From a virus (Duplodnaviria > Heunggongvirae > Uroviricota > Caudoviricetes), in IMG/VR virus record IMGVR_UViG_3300022697_000186, positions 1-45,090 of that record: 45,090 nt of DNA; one strand, 5' to 3'. Shown here in pieces: positions 1 through 9,487 of this stretch. Both the position numbers and the translations under genes were made by a program. The notes beneath the pieces were generated by a model, which worked only from the letters and a program-made list of their open reading frames with translations, searched no databases and was not told the DNA's origin. Position 1 is the stretch's first letter, and each line of letters begins with the position of its first letter.

Positions 1-1
1 A

Positions 2-1492
2 AAAGTTAATTTAGTTGCTACAGTAGCTCCAACAGCAACAGATGACTCAGCTTCAGGGTATTCGATTGGTTCCAAATGGATAAATATAACAGCAGGTAGA
101 AGTTATGTTTGTGTAGATGCTACTCTAAGTGCTGCTATTTGGCACGAATTTGATAGTAGTGTTGGTAAATTTCAGAATCAAATTTCTAATAGTGGTTTTG
201 GGGTCATAAGTAATAGTGAAGGACTTTATGATCCAATAACAAACTTATTACCAGTAATGGGAACTGGTAGTAGTTTGTTTACCAATGCAGAAGTAGATGG
301 AACATTTACTACTTCTCAAGGTTGGTCGATGAATGGTGGGACATCTGTCTCAGGAGGGGTAGCCAATTATATAAATAATACCCTTGGTCAGGCAATTCAA
401 ACTGATCCCACACAATTTACTAAAAGAACTGAGATAGGAAAGTTATATCAAATTACATTTACCTTATCCAATTTTACTAGTGGTAATGTTTGGTGGTGGT
501 CAGGAAATCAAGTAGTAAGTAGAAAATACAGTTCAACTGATAATGGTACATTTACTGCAACTTGGGTCGCAAAATATGCAACAGGAAACATAGAATTAAG
601 ACCGACTGCAAGTACAGTCAATCTTGATCTTGATAATGTATCTTGGCATGAAGTAGTACCTGGAGTTGTAGGGGCAAATTTATTAGCGATGGATGGTTGG
701 GATAAAGATACCAGTTTAGATATTTTTAGAGAACATGAAGGAATCAACACAAAGAATGGTAGTTTCTACGCTTTAAAAGCAGTTACAGGTACAGCAGGAG
801 ATGGGGTTAATTATCCAAGTGTAGCTAATAGTACTGATTTAGCACATTTAGCTAAATATAAAGGAAGAACAATAACAGTAGGAGTTTATTTAAAAACTTC
901 TTCTGTATCACATTCCAGAATAGGTATTTATGACGATGTAACAGGGTGGACTTATTCTGGTTACCACAGTGGAGGTGGGGCTTATGAATGGTTAGAAGTC
1001 ACATCTACTGTTTCCACAACAGCTACAGCATTTAGGATTAAGATATTTGGTGACATCACAGCTACTACATCTTACGCTTCACAACCAATGTTAGTATTCG
1101 GTTCTTCGATAGGTGAAGGTAATTATCAACCTCTTCCAAATGAGATAATTACCTTTGAAACCCAAGTTCATTCATATATAGTAAATGGTATCACTTTAAC
1201 AGAAGATATTACACTTAATTTAGAAGCAGATTCATTAGGGAAAATACCTAAAGGGATAGATATAACTTACATGATTTTTAGTTTTACAGGATCTTCTATA
1301 GGAACAAGGTCCTATATACGAGCTATATTATCTGAACCAGTTCAACTTGTTGTACGAGTTCAAACAGCAAATGAAACAGTAGGTGTTAGAGGTTATGTAA
1401 GGCCTTATCAAGACGGTTCAATTATATTAGATTATTCTACTGCCACAGCAACAAATACCACAATAATCCATAATAATGTGAGGTTAAAATGA
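2..1492 (+). CDS. Tail fibre / receptor-binding protein, C-terminal part (5' partial)
   Basis: Frame of ORF 257..1492 is open from base 2; contains APTATDDSASGYSIGSKWIN...YVCVDATLSAAIW motif typical of phage tail/virion proteins; Gly/Thr/Ser-rich beta-sandwich-like sequence. Confidence 0.7.
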   Translation, partial: KVNLVATVAPTATDDSASGYSIGSKWINITAGRSYVCVDATLSAAIWHEFDSSVGKFQNQISNSGFGVISNSEGLYDPITNLLPVMGTGSSLFTNAEVDGTFTTSQGWSMNGGTSVSGGVANYINNTLGQAIQTDPTQFTKRTEIGKLYQITFTLSNFTSGNVWWWSGNQVVSRKYSSTDNGTFTATWVAKYATGNIELRPTASTVNLDLDNVSWHEVVPGVVGANLLAMDGWDKDTSLDIFREHEGINTKNGSFYALKAVTGTAGDGVNYPSVANSTDLAHLAKYKGRTITVGVYLKTSSVSHSRIGIYDDVTGWTYSGYHSGGGAYEWLEVTSTVSTTATAFRIKIFGDITATTSYASQPMLVFGSSIGEGNYQPLPNEIITFETQVHSYIVNGITLTEDITLNLEADSLGKIPKGIDITYMIFSFTGSSIGTRSYIRAILSEPVQLVVRVQTANETVGVRGYVRPYQDGSIILDYSTATATNTTIIHNNVRLK

Positions 1493-1920
1493 ATATAATA
1501 GGAACAAAACCCTTTATAAATAATCTACAAATTGTTTATGTCACTACAACTGTTGACGGGGATTTATTAGAGGCTGAGATCGTAGTAGATCTAGGTTTAA
1601 CAGGTCAAAAGTTACAAGATGATGTAGATGCAAAAGCAGAACAGTTACATCTACATATCAAGCAAAAAATGTATCAAGGTTATGATGGTTCAGATTTAAC
1701 TCAATGGAAGTTAGACAATCCAAATGTAGTTAAAGTTCCATATACAGGTAATCATGATGGTCTTTATGATAGACAGATTAATGGTAGTAGAATTAAACAA
1801 ATTACTTTGGATGTTATAGAAGCGAAGGCAACTTTAGCAGGACCCGAGGTCTTAGCATTTTGGATAGAACTTAAAAAAATATTAGTGTCTAACCCAAATG
1901 TGGTGAATCCAAATGCTTAG
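1489..1920 (+). CDS. Tail-fibre-associated hypothetical protein
   Basis: ORF overlapping the fibre stop codon by 4 nt (coupled). Confidence 0.55.
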   Translation: MNIIGTKPFINNLQIVYVTTTVDGDLLEAEIVVDLGLTGQKLQDDVDAKAEQLHLHIKQKMYQGYDGSDLTQWKLDNPNVVKVPYTGNHDGLYDRQINGSRIKQITLDVIEAKATLAGPEVLAFWIELKKILVSNPNVVNPNA

Positions 1921-1945
1921 ATATCAATATATGGAGAATAACTAA

Positions 1946-2191
1946 ATGTCTTATATAGATAAAACTTCAACAGGTAATAATCACCTAAGAAAGACTCCTG
2001 CTGACATTCTACCAACTCCATCATACAAAGAATTAAGAAAACAAAGATTAACATCTGAAGCTGACCCATTGTACATGAACTGGCAAAAGGAGGTAGTTAG
2101 AGGTACTTTATCAGCTACTCAACTTACAGCATTAAAACAGTTATGGTTAGACAAAGTTAAACAGATTGAAACAGAGATTCCAGTAGTATAG
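1946..2191 (+). CDS. Small tail fibre assembly chaperone-like protein
   Basis: RBS GGAG; LRKQRL..EADPLYM.WQ...WLDKV..I pattern typical of small post-fibre chaperones. Confidence 0.5.
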   Translation: MSYIDKTSTGNNHLRKTPADILPTPSYKELRKQRLTSEADPLYMNWQKEVVRGTLSATQLTALKQLWLDKVKQIETEIPVV

Positions 2192-2247
2192 AAAATATGA
2201 TTTTATACACTTATTAGATAAAATAATAATAAAGAAAGTAAACAATA

Positions 2248-2661
2248 ATGGATATATTAACTAAGTTATCACCTGATCAATTTATGATCGCTCTTGGTTT
2301 TATTGCCTTGATAGTTATTGCTGCACCTTCTGCGATAAAAGCATATTTTGGAAAACATAAAAAGAATGGTATTATTGATACTGTTTATTGTGATACATCT
2401 AAATGTCCATTAAATAGTGAAAGATGGATAATTTTAACAGATAAATTAGATGATCATTTAAAATGGGATCCTAAACCAGGACACAAAGAAATTTCAGATG
2501 AACATCAAAAATTAAATGATAATATGGAAGAAATAAGAGATATGGTTAGAAAAATTATTTCAGAAGATCCAAGAAAATTTCAAGAAATTGCAAATATACT
2601 AAAAGGAATGTTAACTTCAAGTGAATCATTATATGGCGCAATTGATAAATTAACAAAATAA
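2248..2661 (+). CDS. Membrane-anchored protein (N-terminal TM, coiled-coil C-terminus), lysis region
   Basis: Hydrophobic FMIALGFIALIVIAAP segment; position upstream of endolysin. Confidence 0.55.
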   Translation: MDILTKLSPDQFMIALGFIALIVIAAPSAIKAYFGKHKKNGIIDTVYCDTSKCPLNSERWIILTDKLDDHLKWDPKPGHKEISDEHQKLNDNMEEIRDMVRKIISEDPRKFQEIANILKGMLTSSESLYGAIDKLTK

Positions 2662-2664
2662 AAT

Positions 2665-3177
2665 ATGACTACTTTATTAAATTTAGCAGAAGAACACATC
2701 AATATATGTGATTTCACAATAAATAATATCAATGAATTTATTAAAGAAAAAAGAGATAGAGTTGGTGATTTAATTAAAATTATATTAAATATAAATCTTT
2801 CAGTAGGTGTAGAAGAGCTAGACATTCAACATCAATTATTATTTAATGTATTACTTACAATGCTAGAGATGATTAAAAATAAAAAAACAGATAAAGAAAA
2901 AATAGAAAAAGGTATGTCTATTTTAATAGAATATACTGAAAGTCATTTTGAATATGAAGAACATCTTATGGAAAAATATAATTATATTAATATAGATCGA
3001 CACAAAAAAGAACACAAATTATTAAAAAATAAAGTATTATTATTTTCAAAATCTTGTCCAAAAATACCAATCAATTGTGTAGTATTAGCAGAATTTTTAC
3101 TTGACTGGATGGATTCACATATATTAAAAGAAGATAAATTTTTAGCTAAAAGTTTAAATGAGAATGGTATGTTCTAA
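2665..3177 (+). CDS. Bacteriohemerythrin-like di-iron protein
   Basis: HFxxEExLM...HKKEH...LxxWxxxHIxxED iron-ligand pattern. Confidence 0.85.
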   Translation: MTTLLNLAEEHINICDFTINNINEFIKEKRDRVGDLIKIILNINLSVGVEELDIQHQLLFNVLLTMLEMIKNKKTDKEKIEKGMSILIEYTESHFEYEEHLMEKYNYINIDRHKKEHKLLKNKVLLFSKSCPKIPINCVVLAEFLLDWMDSHILKEDKFLAKSLNENGMF

Positions 3178-3178
3178 A

Positions 3179-3403
3179 ATGTATATTGATAAATCTATTA
3201 AATTAGAATTACAAATTGATTTTAAAAATTATAAAAAAGAAAATAAAAATGTACGTAAGTTAGTTTATAATTTTATAAAAAAATGTGGTATTGATGATAG
3301 AGCAAAAGAAAGAAGAGTTGAAGAAAGAAGAGTTGAAGAATCAAGAAGATTGATAGATAATAGATGTTGTGAGAGGAGACATTTAATAGATGAAAGAATA
3401 TAA
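3179..3403 (+). CDS. Small protein with ERRxxERR repeats
   Basis: ORF track 3158..3403, more likely ATG at 3179; ERRVEERRVEESRR...ERR. Confidence 0.55.
   Translation: MYIDKSIKLELQIDFKNYKKENKNVRKLVYNFIKKCGIDDRAKERRVEERRVEESRRLIDNRCCERRHLIDERI
3308..3337 (+). repeat. 15-nt tandem repeat x2 (GAAAGAAGAGTTGAA)
   Basis: Direct reading; encodes ERRVE twice. Confidence 0.85.
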
Positions 3404-3415
3404 AAGGAGGATAAA

Positions 3416-3949
3416 ATGTCTTCAAGAGATTTAAATGATTTAGTTCCAGAAATGAATAAAAAATCTAAACTTGTAATTGATGATTGTAAAAATTATAATG
3501 TAGATATATTAATAACATGTACTTTACGTACATTAGAAGAACAAGCTAAACTTTATAGACAATCCAGATCAACGAATGAAATTAATAATAAAATTCAAAA
3601 ATTTAGAGAAAAAAACTTTGGATATCTAGCAGACATATTAAAAAATGTAGGACCTAGTAGTGGACCTCATGTTACAAATGCAGCACCAGGAGAGTCTTGG
3701 CATAATTATGCAGAAGCTTGGGATGCTGTTCCTATTATACATGGTAAAGCTGCATGGGATACTAATTTGTATAATGTAGAATGGGAAATTTATGGTTCTG
3801 TTTGTGAAAAATATAAATTAAATTGGGCTGGTAATTGGGTAAGTTTTAAAGAGATGCCTCATGTACAATTACGTGAGGGTGGAAATCCATTAAAATTTTT
3901 CAATGCAAATGAAATTAAAACTATATTAATTAAAAATAATCTTTTGTAA
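3416..3949 (+). CDS. Endolysin, peptidase M15 family (L-Ala-D-Glu peptidase-like)
   Basis: R..EQ..LY..SR, VTNA.PGESWHNY..A.D, W.GNW.SF.E.PHVQ motifs; strong RBS AGGAGG. Confidence 0.85.
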   Translation: MSSRDLNDLVPEMNKKSKLVIDDCKNYNVDILITCTLRTLEEQAKLYRQSRSTNEINNKIQKFREKNFGYLADILKNVGPSSGPHVTNAAPGESWHNYAEAWDAVPIIHGKAAWDTNLYNVEWEIYGSVCEKYKLNWAGNWVSFKEMPHVQLREGGNPLKFFNANEIKTILIKNNLL

Positions 3950-3972
3950 AAAATATGAACAAGGAGTAAATT

Positions 3973-4269
3973 ATGGAAAGTATTAATGAATTAGTATCAA
4001 TGGGTGCAGATTTAAATGCAGTAGTTATAGTATTAACTATAATGATTTCAAGTGTAATAATTAAGTTTCTTAAAAAGAAAAATTCAAAAACACAATGGAG
4101 ATTATTTATACCATCAATAGTAGGTATAGTTGTTTATAGTCTTTGGGCATTTACAAATAATCAATTAGGATTAGAAAGTTTATGGTCAGGTTTCGTGAAT
4201 GCAGTTTTTGCAACAGGCATGTTTTCCAAGGTTCGTTCTTGGTTAAAGGATAAAGGAATTAAAATATAA
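3973..4269 (+). CDS. Putative holin
   Basis: 98 aa, three hydrophobic segments, basic C-terminus, directly after endolysin. Confidence 0.65.
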   Translation: MESINELVSMGADLNAVVIVLTIMISSVIIKFLKKKNSKTQWRLFIPSIVGIVVYSLWAFTNNQLGLESLWSGFVNAVFATGMFSKVRSWLKDKGIKI

Positions 4270-4643
4270 TGGGTTTTATAAAATCATCACTTAAAAAGTT
4301 TTGGAAAACTATAGTTGCTTTATGTGGTATATTTATCGCAATATATGCAGGGTTAGTAATATCCAAGAGAAATCGTATCAAGAAAAAAACTAAGAAAAAA
4401 CTCGATGAATTAGCTAAAATTAAGGCAAATCATACTGATAAAATTAAAGTTATTGACGATAAAATTAAGAAAGTAAACACCAGGAAGAAGAATCATAAAG
4501 ATGAAATTAAGAAATTAACTAATGAACAGAGACCTGTAAAATCAATTATTACACAATTAAATAAAGAGATTAAAACTGTTAAAACAGAAGAAGTTGATAA
4601 TGATAAAATGATTAAAGAATTACAGGAGAGATTTAGTGATTAA
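4269..4643 (+). CDS. Putative inner-membrane spanin
   Basis: N-terminal TM followed by charged coiled coil; follows holin. Confidence 0.5.
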   Translation: MGFIKSSLKKFWKTIVALCGIFIAIYAGLVISKRNRIKKKTKKKLDELAKIKANHTDKIKVIDDKIKKVNTRKKNHKDEIKKLTNEQRPVKSIITQLNKEIKTVKTEEVDNDKMIKELQERFSD

Positions 4644-5088
4644 ATTAATTAGCATATTTATATCAATAACTTTAATATTCACACCTATTGCTTTCGCTGA
4701 AAATTATAAAAAGATAAAGGAAAATAATAAAGAATATTACTTAGTACCCCCAAAACATTTACAAGGATTATATAAAGAAATGAAATTGGGTGATAAATAT
4801 AAACTAAAGATTGATCAACTAGAAAAGTTAAATGATAGTAATGTAAAAATAATTACAAATTATCAGTTATTAACAAAAGATCAAGAGTTAACTGATAGTT
4901 TACTTAATCAACAAAAATTAATAAATGATGCTCATATTCAACAACTGGAAGGACTTTATAAATCAGAAGTTAAAGAAAATGAAAAATTAAGACTTGAACA
5001 ACCATGTATTATGTGTTGGACAATAGGGGGAGTTGTAATAGGAATTTCTGTTACTGCATTAGCTGTATCTTTAGCCAAAAATCTTTAA
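4636..5088 (+). CDS. Exported coiled-coil protein, spanin-partner-like
   Basis: Signal peptide, coiled coil, C-terminal hydrophobic tail; overlaps previous gene; no clear lipobox. Confidence 0.4.
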   Translation: MIKLISIFISITLIFTPIAFAENYKKIKENNKEYYLVPPKHLQGLYKEMKLGDKYKLKIDQLEKLNDSNVKIITNYQLLTKDQELTDSLLNQQKLINDAHIQQLEGLYKSEVKENEKLRLEQPCIMCWTIGGVVIGISVTALAVSLAKNL

Positions 5089-5116
5089 AATTAATTTGAT
5101 TTGTTCAATATAATTA

Positions 5117-5134
5117 AGGACAAACATTTAAACA
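5117..5134 (+). promoter_or_regulatory. GGACAAA promoter-like motif
   Basis: AGGACAAACATTTAAACA upstream of RBS AAGGAG and ATG 5161. Confidence 0.5.
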
Positions 5135-5160
5135 AATATCATTATAAGGAGAACTTGTAT

Positions 5161-5310
5161 ATGGCATGTCAACAGTTATCATTTAAATTTATGAAGGATA
5201 ATAATTTTTTGGTTTTACCTGAGAAAAAAGTTGAAGAAAAAATACATGTTACAGAGTTTTTAAAAAGAAAGAAGGAGGATGGGAAGAAAATCGAAGTATG
5301 TAGTAAGTAA
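5161..5310 (+). CDS. Small hypothetical protein
   Basis: ORF track 5101..5310; AAGGAG 9 nt before ATG 5161 suggests the later start. Confidence 0.5.
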   Translation: MACQQLSFKFMKDNNFLVLPEKKVEEKIHVTEFLKRKKEDGKKIEVCSK

Positions 5311-5674
5311 AGAAATACAAGATTTTATTGATAAACAAATTGAACATAGATCTAAACTTGGACACAGTAAAAAAAGATTACGAAATTTTGAGTATTATTT
5401 AAAAAGAAAAATATTAGGAATTTGTGTTATGTGTTCTAATAAAGCAGAGATTGGAAAAGTTAGATGCGGGAAGTGCTTAACAATCAACAAAAATTATGTG
5501 AAAAATAAAAGAAAAGAAAATATAAAGAACAATATTTGTCGTGATTGTTGGACACCTTTGAATAAAGATTCAGATATTGATTGTACAACAAGATGTAGAT
5601 CATGCTTAGATAGACAACAACTATATAATAAAGGAATTGGAATTACAACTATAACTTGTAATTTAGAATTATAA
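5279..5674 (+). CDS. Cys-rich zinc-finger-like protein
   Basis: Several CxxC pairs; RBS GGAGG. Confidence 0.6.
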   Translation: MGRKSKYVVSKEIQDFIDKQIEHRSKLGHSKKRLRNFEYYLKRKILGICVMCSNKAEIGKVRCGKCLTINKNYVKNKRKENIKNNICRDCWTPLNKDSDIDCTTRCRSCLDRQQLYNKGIGITTITCNLEL

Positions 5675-5696
5675 ATTAAAAATAAAGGGCTAAAAA

Positions 5697-6548
5697 TTGG
5701 AGTTAATTAAGCATACATTACCAAATGATCATAAAATATATCTTTTTTCAGATTTGCATATAGGATCTGTATTATGTTATGAAAAAGGATTAATTAAAAT
5801 GATTGATCAAATAAAGAAAGAAAAGAATAGTTATTGTATTATTGGAGGAGATTTAGCAGAAGCTATTGTTGTTGATGATCCTAGATTTAGTATAAATTCT
5901 ATAAAAAGAAAATATTTTACACCTTTAGATCAGTATAATTACATTACTGATTTATTAGAACCTATTAAGGATAAAATATTGGGAATATTGTGGGGAAACC
6001 ATGATATAAAAATATCTAAATATGGTAATTTTGTGAAAGATATTGTTTGTAAGAGATTGAATGTACCATATGCTGGTTTTACGTCTAAATTTATTATTAC
6101 AACTGGTAAAGCTAAGAATAAAAAACAAATCAAAATCTTCTACAGTCACGGTTTTGGAAGTGTTAATAGTACGAATCCAGATCCTATTACACAAATTGCT
6201 GCTATGAAAAAATCAGTAAAAACAAAATTACGCTCGAAGGCAGGAGATTGTGAAATTATGTGCATGGGACATTCTCATAAACTCTTGGTCGCAGAACCGA
6301 CCTCTAAATTAGTACTTGTTGATGATGGTAAAGAAATTAAACAAATGTATACTACAGATTATAATCATGGTAGCTTAATACCAGAAGATCATAGATATTA
6401 TGTAAATTCTGGAAGTTTTTATAAATTATATGAAATAGGTGTAGATGGTTATGCATCACAAGCTGGATATGATCCTACAGAAATGGGATACGCTGTTGTT
6501 AATGTAAAATCAGGTGTAATTGAAAGTGTAGATAAAATTGTAATTTAG
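5697..6548 (+). CDS. Calcineurin-like metallophosphoesterase
   Basis: SDLHIG, GGDL, GNHD, SHG, GHSH motifs. Confidence 0.85.
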   Translation: MELIKHTLPNDHKIYLFSDLHIGSVLCYEKGLIKMIDQIKKEKNSYCIIGGDLAEAIVVDDPRFSINSIKRKYFTPLDQYNYITDLLEPIKDKILGILWGNHDIKISKYGNFVKDIVCKRLNVPYAGFTSKFIITTGKAKNKKQIKIFYSHGFGSVNSTNPDPITQIAAMKKSVKTKLRSKAGDCEIMCMGHSHKLLVAEPTSKLVLVDDGKEIKQMYTTDYNHGSLIPEDHRYYVNSGSFYKLYEIGVDGYASQAGYDPTEMGYAVVNVKSGVIESVDKIVI

Positions 6549-6581
6549 ATTACGCCAACTTGTGAAATTAAAGGATATAAT

Positions 6582-6833
6582 TTGAATTACCCAGATTGTG
6601 ATATAAGAAACAAATTAGATTTAATTATACATTTAGCTAAAAAAAGATTATTTCAACGATTTGATTTATATGGATTTCATGATAGAAATAAAGATTCACT
6701 TAATAGAATCGTAGGTGTTAATTCTAATCAAATGATAGATGGTTTTGTATTTGATTTAACAAAATCAATGGTATTTATACTATGTGATGATTGTAAATGT
6801 ACAGATTCTTGTGAATACAAATTGATTAAATAG
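6582..6833 (+). CDS. Hypothetical protein
   Basis: ORF with RBS AAGGA. Confidence 0.5.
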   Translation: MNYPDCDIRNKLDLIIHLAKKRLFQRFDLYGFHDRNKDSLNRIVGVNSNQMIDGFVFDLTKSMVFILCDDCKCTDSCEYKLIK

Positions 6834-6842
6834 AGAGGTACA

Positions 6843-7271
6843 ATGAAAAAATTGAAAAAAGGTAAGACTAAATATTCAAGATGTGATAGTTGTGAAAAAT
6901 TAGCGTACTTATTTTCACCTCCTTCTGCGACGTTTTTTCTTTGTAGTAAATGCTTAAAACAATATAGAGTAGATACTGATCAACTTGGAGTATATGAATC
7001 ATTATCTTTAATACTTAAAGAGAATCCTAATTACTATGATAAGACTATACCTTCTAAAACAGAAAAAGTTATAGAATTAGAAACTGATAAAATACATGAT
7101 GCTTATGATAAACGTGATTTTAAAGAATGTCAATTACGTGAGAATCAAATACTTACTACTATTTTATCAGATATAGCATTAGGTAAGATATCGACAAAAA
7201 AAGAAATGAGACGATTAGCAACTGAAGCTCTAAAAATTAAAGATTTAATGTTTTCTAAAGCTTGTAGATAA
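6843..7271 (+). CDS. Hypothetical protein with N-terminal CxxC pairs
   Basis: ORF with RBS GAGG. Confidence 0.6.
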   Translation: MKKLKKGKTKYSRCDSCEKLAYLFSPPSATFFLCSKCLKQYRVDTDQLGVYESLSLILKENPNYYDKTIPSKTEKVIELETDKIHDAYDKRDFKECQLRENQILTTILSDIALGKISTKKEMRRLATEALKIKDLMFSKACR

Positions 7272-7280
7272 AGTTTAATT

Positions 7281-7550
7281 ATGGCTGAAACAATAAAAAC
7301 TCCAGGAAGTAAAGAAGCATTAAAACAAGGATGTAAATGCTGTCCTAAACTTAATAATAATGGTTTTGGAATAACTGATAATCACTCTGAATTTGTTTAC
7401 CATGAAATATCTAGTAAATGTATATTACATGATGATGATGATGATATAGAAAAAGAATTAATTTTAAGAAAAGCTTCTGATAATTTATTGGAAATGATAA
7501 AAAATGAAAAACCAAAAAGAAAAAAGAAAAGAAGATTAAACAAAGATTAA
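7281..7550 (+). CDS. Hypothetical phage protein
   Basis: PGSKEA..GCKCCP..N..G.G motif; co-oriented ORF. Confidence 0.55.
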   Translation: MAETIKTPGSKEALKQGCKCCPKLNNNGFGITDNHSEFVYHEISSKCILHDDDDDIEKELILRKASDNLLEMIKNEKPKRKKKRRLNKD

Positions 7551-7607
7551 TATAACTAGAATTTGATTATAATCAATTTAATGTTAAAAATCAGTAAAGA
7601 TTCATCC

Positions 7608-7625
7608 AGGACAAAACTATATATA
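7608..7625 (+). promoter_or_regulatory. GGACAAA promoter-like motif
   Basis: AGGACAAAACTATATATA upstream of the first tRNA. Confidence 0.45.
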
Positions 7626-7678
7626 TTAAATTTTGATATGTACTCAATTTTAGAATTTTTTCGTGAATCTTATATTTT

Positions 7679-7755
7679 GTCCGGGTAGGCTAACTGGATA
7701 GGCCACTTCACTTTCACTGAAGTGCGTGCGAGTTCAAATCTCGTCCCGGACACCA
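7679..7755 (+). tRNA. trnE: tRNA-Glu(UUC)
   Basis: Cloverleaf GTCCGGG/CCCGGAC, anticodon arm CTTCA-CTTTCAC-TGAAG, encoded CCA. Confidence 0.95.
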
Positions 7756-7783
7756 TTTTATTAACAATTTTAATTAGTGTGGT

Positions 7784-7942
7784 ATGAAAAACAAAAAATA
7801 TTCGTTTAGTAAGGTAAAAAAGAAACCTGATAAAGAATCAGAACCTAAAAAAAAGAATCCATACAATAAGAAAAATAGATCTAAAAAAACTAAGGATTAT
7901 TTAGAAGATTTAGATGATGATTATATTGAAGAAGATTTCTAA
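7784..7942 (+). CDS. 52-aa basic/acidic peptide
   Basis: Hand-translated ORF MKNKKYSF...DDDYIEEDF. Confidence 0.5.
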   Translation: MKNKKYSFSKVKKKPDKESEPKKKNPYNKKNRSKKTKDYLEDLDDDYIEEDF

Positions 7943-7951
7943 TATAAATTA

Positions 7952-8025
7952 GGTCCTGTAGTTCAAAGGTAGAACAAATTGCTGATAACGATTAGAAGAT
8001 GGGTCAGTACCATCCTGGACCACCA
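7952..8025 (+). tRNA. trnI: tRNA-Ile(GAU), non-canonical T loop GTCAGTA
   Basis: GGTCCTG/CTGGACC, AATTG-CTGATAA-CGATT, CCA. Confidence 0.85.
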
Positions 8026-8048
8026 AATATTTTAAGAAAGGAGAGATT

Positions 8049-8192
8049 ATGAAATCTAATTATGTTCAAATAAAAAACCCAAAATCAAATCGATATATTA
8101 AGATTGATTGTACTAAAGGGATAATATTATCACATAAAAAATCTCTCAAACCTTATAAGGGAGTACCAATTGCAAGGCGTAAAAAAACGTAA
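8049..8192 (+). CDS. 47-aa basic protein
   Basis: RBS GGAGAG; MKSNYVQIKNPKSNRYIKID... Confidence 0.6.
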   Translation: MKSNYVQIKNPKSNRYIKIDCTKGIILSHKKSLKPYKGVPIARRKKT

Positions 8193-8292
8193 AATTAATT
8201 TAAATTAGTTTAACTCAATTAAATGCCTTCTGCATTTGGTTGGGTATTTTTTAATGTCAAAATTTAATATTTTTTTATTTAATATAATGTGT

Positions 8293-8371
8293 GGGTCCTT
8301 AGCTTAATGGTAAAGCTGCCGGCTTTTAACCGGTAGACGGTTTTTGGGTTCGATTCCCCCAGGACCCACCA
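8293..8371 (+). tRNA. trnK: tRNA-Lys(UUU)
   Basis: GGGTCCT/AGGACCC, GCCGG-CTTTTAA-CCGGT, CCA; irregular variable region and T stem. Confidence 0.85.
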
Positions 8372-8393
8372 AATATTACTAGAGGTATTTAAT

Positions 8394-8747
8394 ATGATAA
8401 TGATATTTAAAAAAGAAAAAGTTTGGTTTGGTTACAATTGTGATAATGATTTTTCAATACATAGTTTAGATTATCAATGGAATAAAATTCAAGAATGTTT
8501 ATGTGACTATTGTATTAAGTTTGAATTAAATATTAAAAATAATAAAATATGTGGGTTTGATTTTATTTATGAAATGGATAGTAATGATAAATGTGATGAT
8601 TGTAATATTCTAGTAAGTGAAGTATGTACATCATGTGATATATTAAAAAGTAAATATAAGTATTGTATGAAATCTGAATACCCAAGTAATTATCAGAAGA
8701 GGATTAGAGTTAATAAAAATATGTTAAATTTATTTAAGCCGATGTAG
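8394..8747 (+). CDS. Cys-rich hypothetical protein
   Basis: RBS GAGG; stop lies in the first bases of the next tRNA. Confidence 0.55.
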   Translation: MIMIFKKEKVWFGYNCDNDFSIHSLDYQWNKIQECLCDYCIKFELNIKNNKICGFDFIYEMDSNDKCDDCNILVSEVCTSCDILKSKYKYCMKSEYPSNYQKRIRVNKNMLNLFKPM

Positions 8748-8815
8748 ACAAATTGGTAAAGTCCCTAGTTTTAGAAACTAGTATTTTGGGAGTCCGACTC
8801 TCTCCATCGGTACCA
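8738..8815 (+). tRNA. trnL: tRNA-Leu(UAG) with short variable region
   Basis: GCCGATG/CATCGGT, CTAGT-TTTAGAA-ACTAG, A73, CCA. Confidence 0.85.
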
Positions 8816-8938
8816 AATATAATAGGAGTAATTAATTTATGAAATGGATATTAGAAATTATTGCTATATTTATGGTAATAATGACATTTATTGATATGAG
8901 TTGTAAACTCTGGGATAGATTTAAAAAAGGTAAAAAAA

Positions 8939-9310
8939 ATGGATAAAGAAACTAGTCCAGGTTGTACAAATATAAATGATGAATTTTGGTTTTTAAAAAT
9001 AAATAAATACCAAAGAGATAATTTATATAATTTACTTATGATGATTTGGGATAATAATCCTGCACCACTAGGTGTATTAAATAGTGGTGATTGGCTACCT
9101 GAACTTTTAAAAATGATGGAAGGTATATATGATCCATCAGGTCTTATTGACACAGCAAATAATAATAATAATTATCAAACTTTACCTATCTCAGTTAATA
9201 AGAATCAATATTTAACTCAACGTGATTTTAAGTTATGGTTTAAAATTAAAGTGGAAAATGATGCTAAAATAAACTGGGAAAAGAACATTAAGGTATTTAA
9301 TAATGGATGA
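8939..9310 (+). CDS. Hypothetical protein
   Basis: ORF, co-oriented. Confidence 0.55.
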   Translation: MDKETSPGCTNINDEFWFLKINKYQRDNLYNLLMMIWDNNPAPLGVLNSGDWLPELLKMMEGIYDPSGLIDTANNNNNYQTLPISVNKNQYLTQRDFKLWFKIKVENDAKINWEKNIKVFNNG

Positions 9311-9487
9311 AAATTTACCATTATTTTGTAAAAAATGTTTTTTTATTAAAAAGAAATGGTTTGGTTTTGGAAAATTATATTGTAAACAAAAATGCTTATA
9401 TAACCCACTTTACAAATATAGGACTTCTAAATCATTTTATATGGAATATGGTAGAAGGAAAAAAGATAAATTTAAATAGATTAATGT

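Noticed and set aside
2-1492. DGR target in the tail fibre
   Set aside because: No template/variable repeat pair or reverse transcriptase in the window
7604-7685. Inverted repeat pairing the GGACAAA motif with the tRNA-Glu 5' end
   Set aside because: Imperfect and explained by chance overlap of the motif with TTTTGTCC
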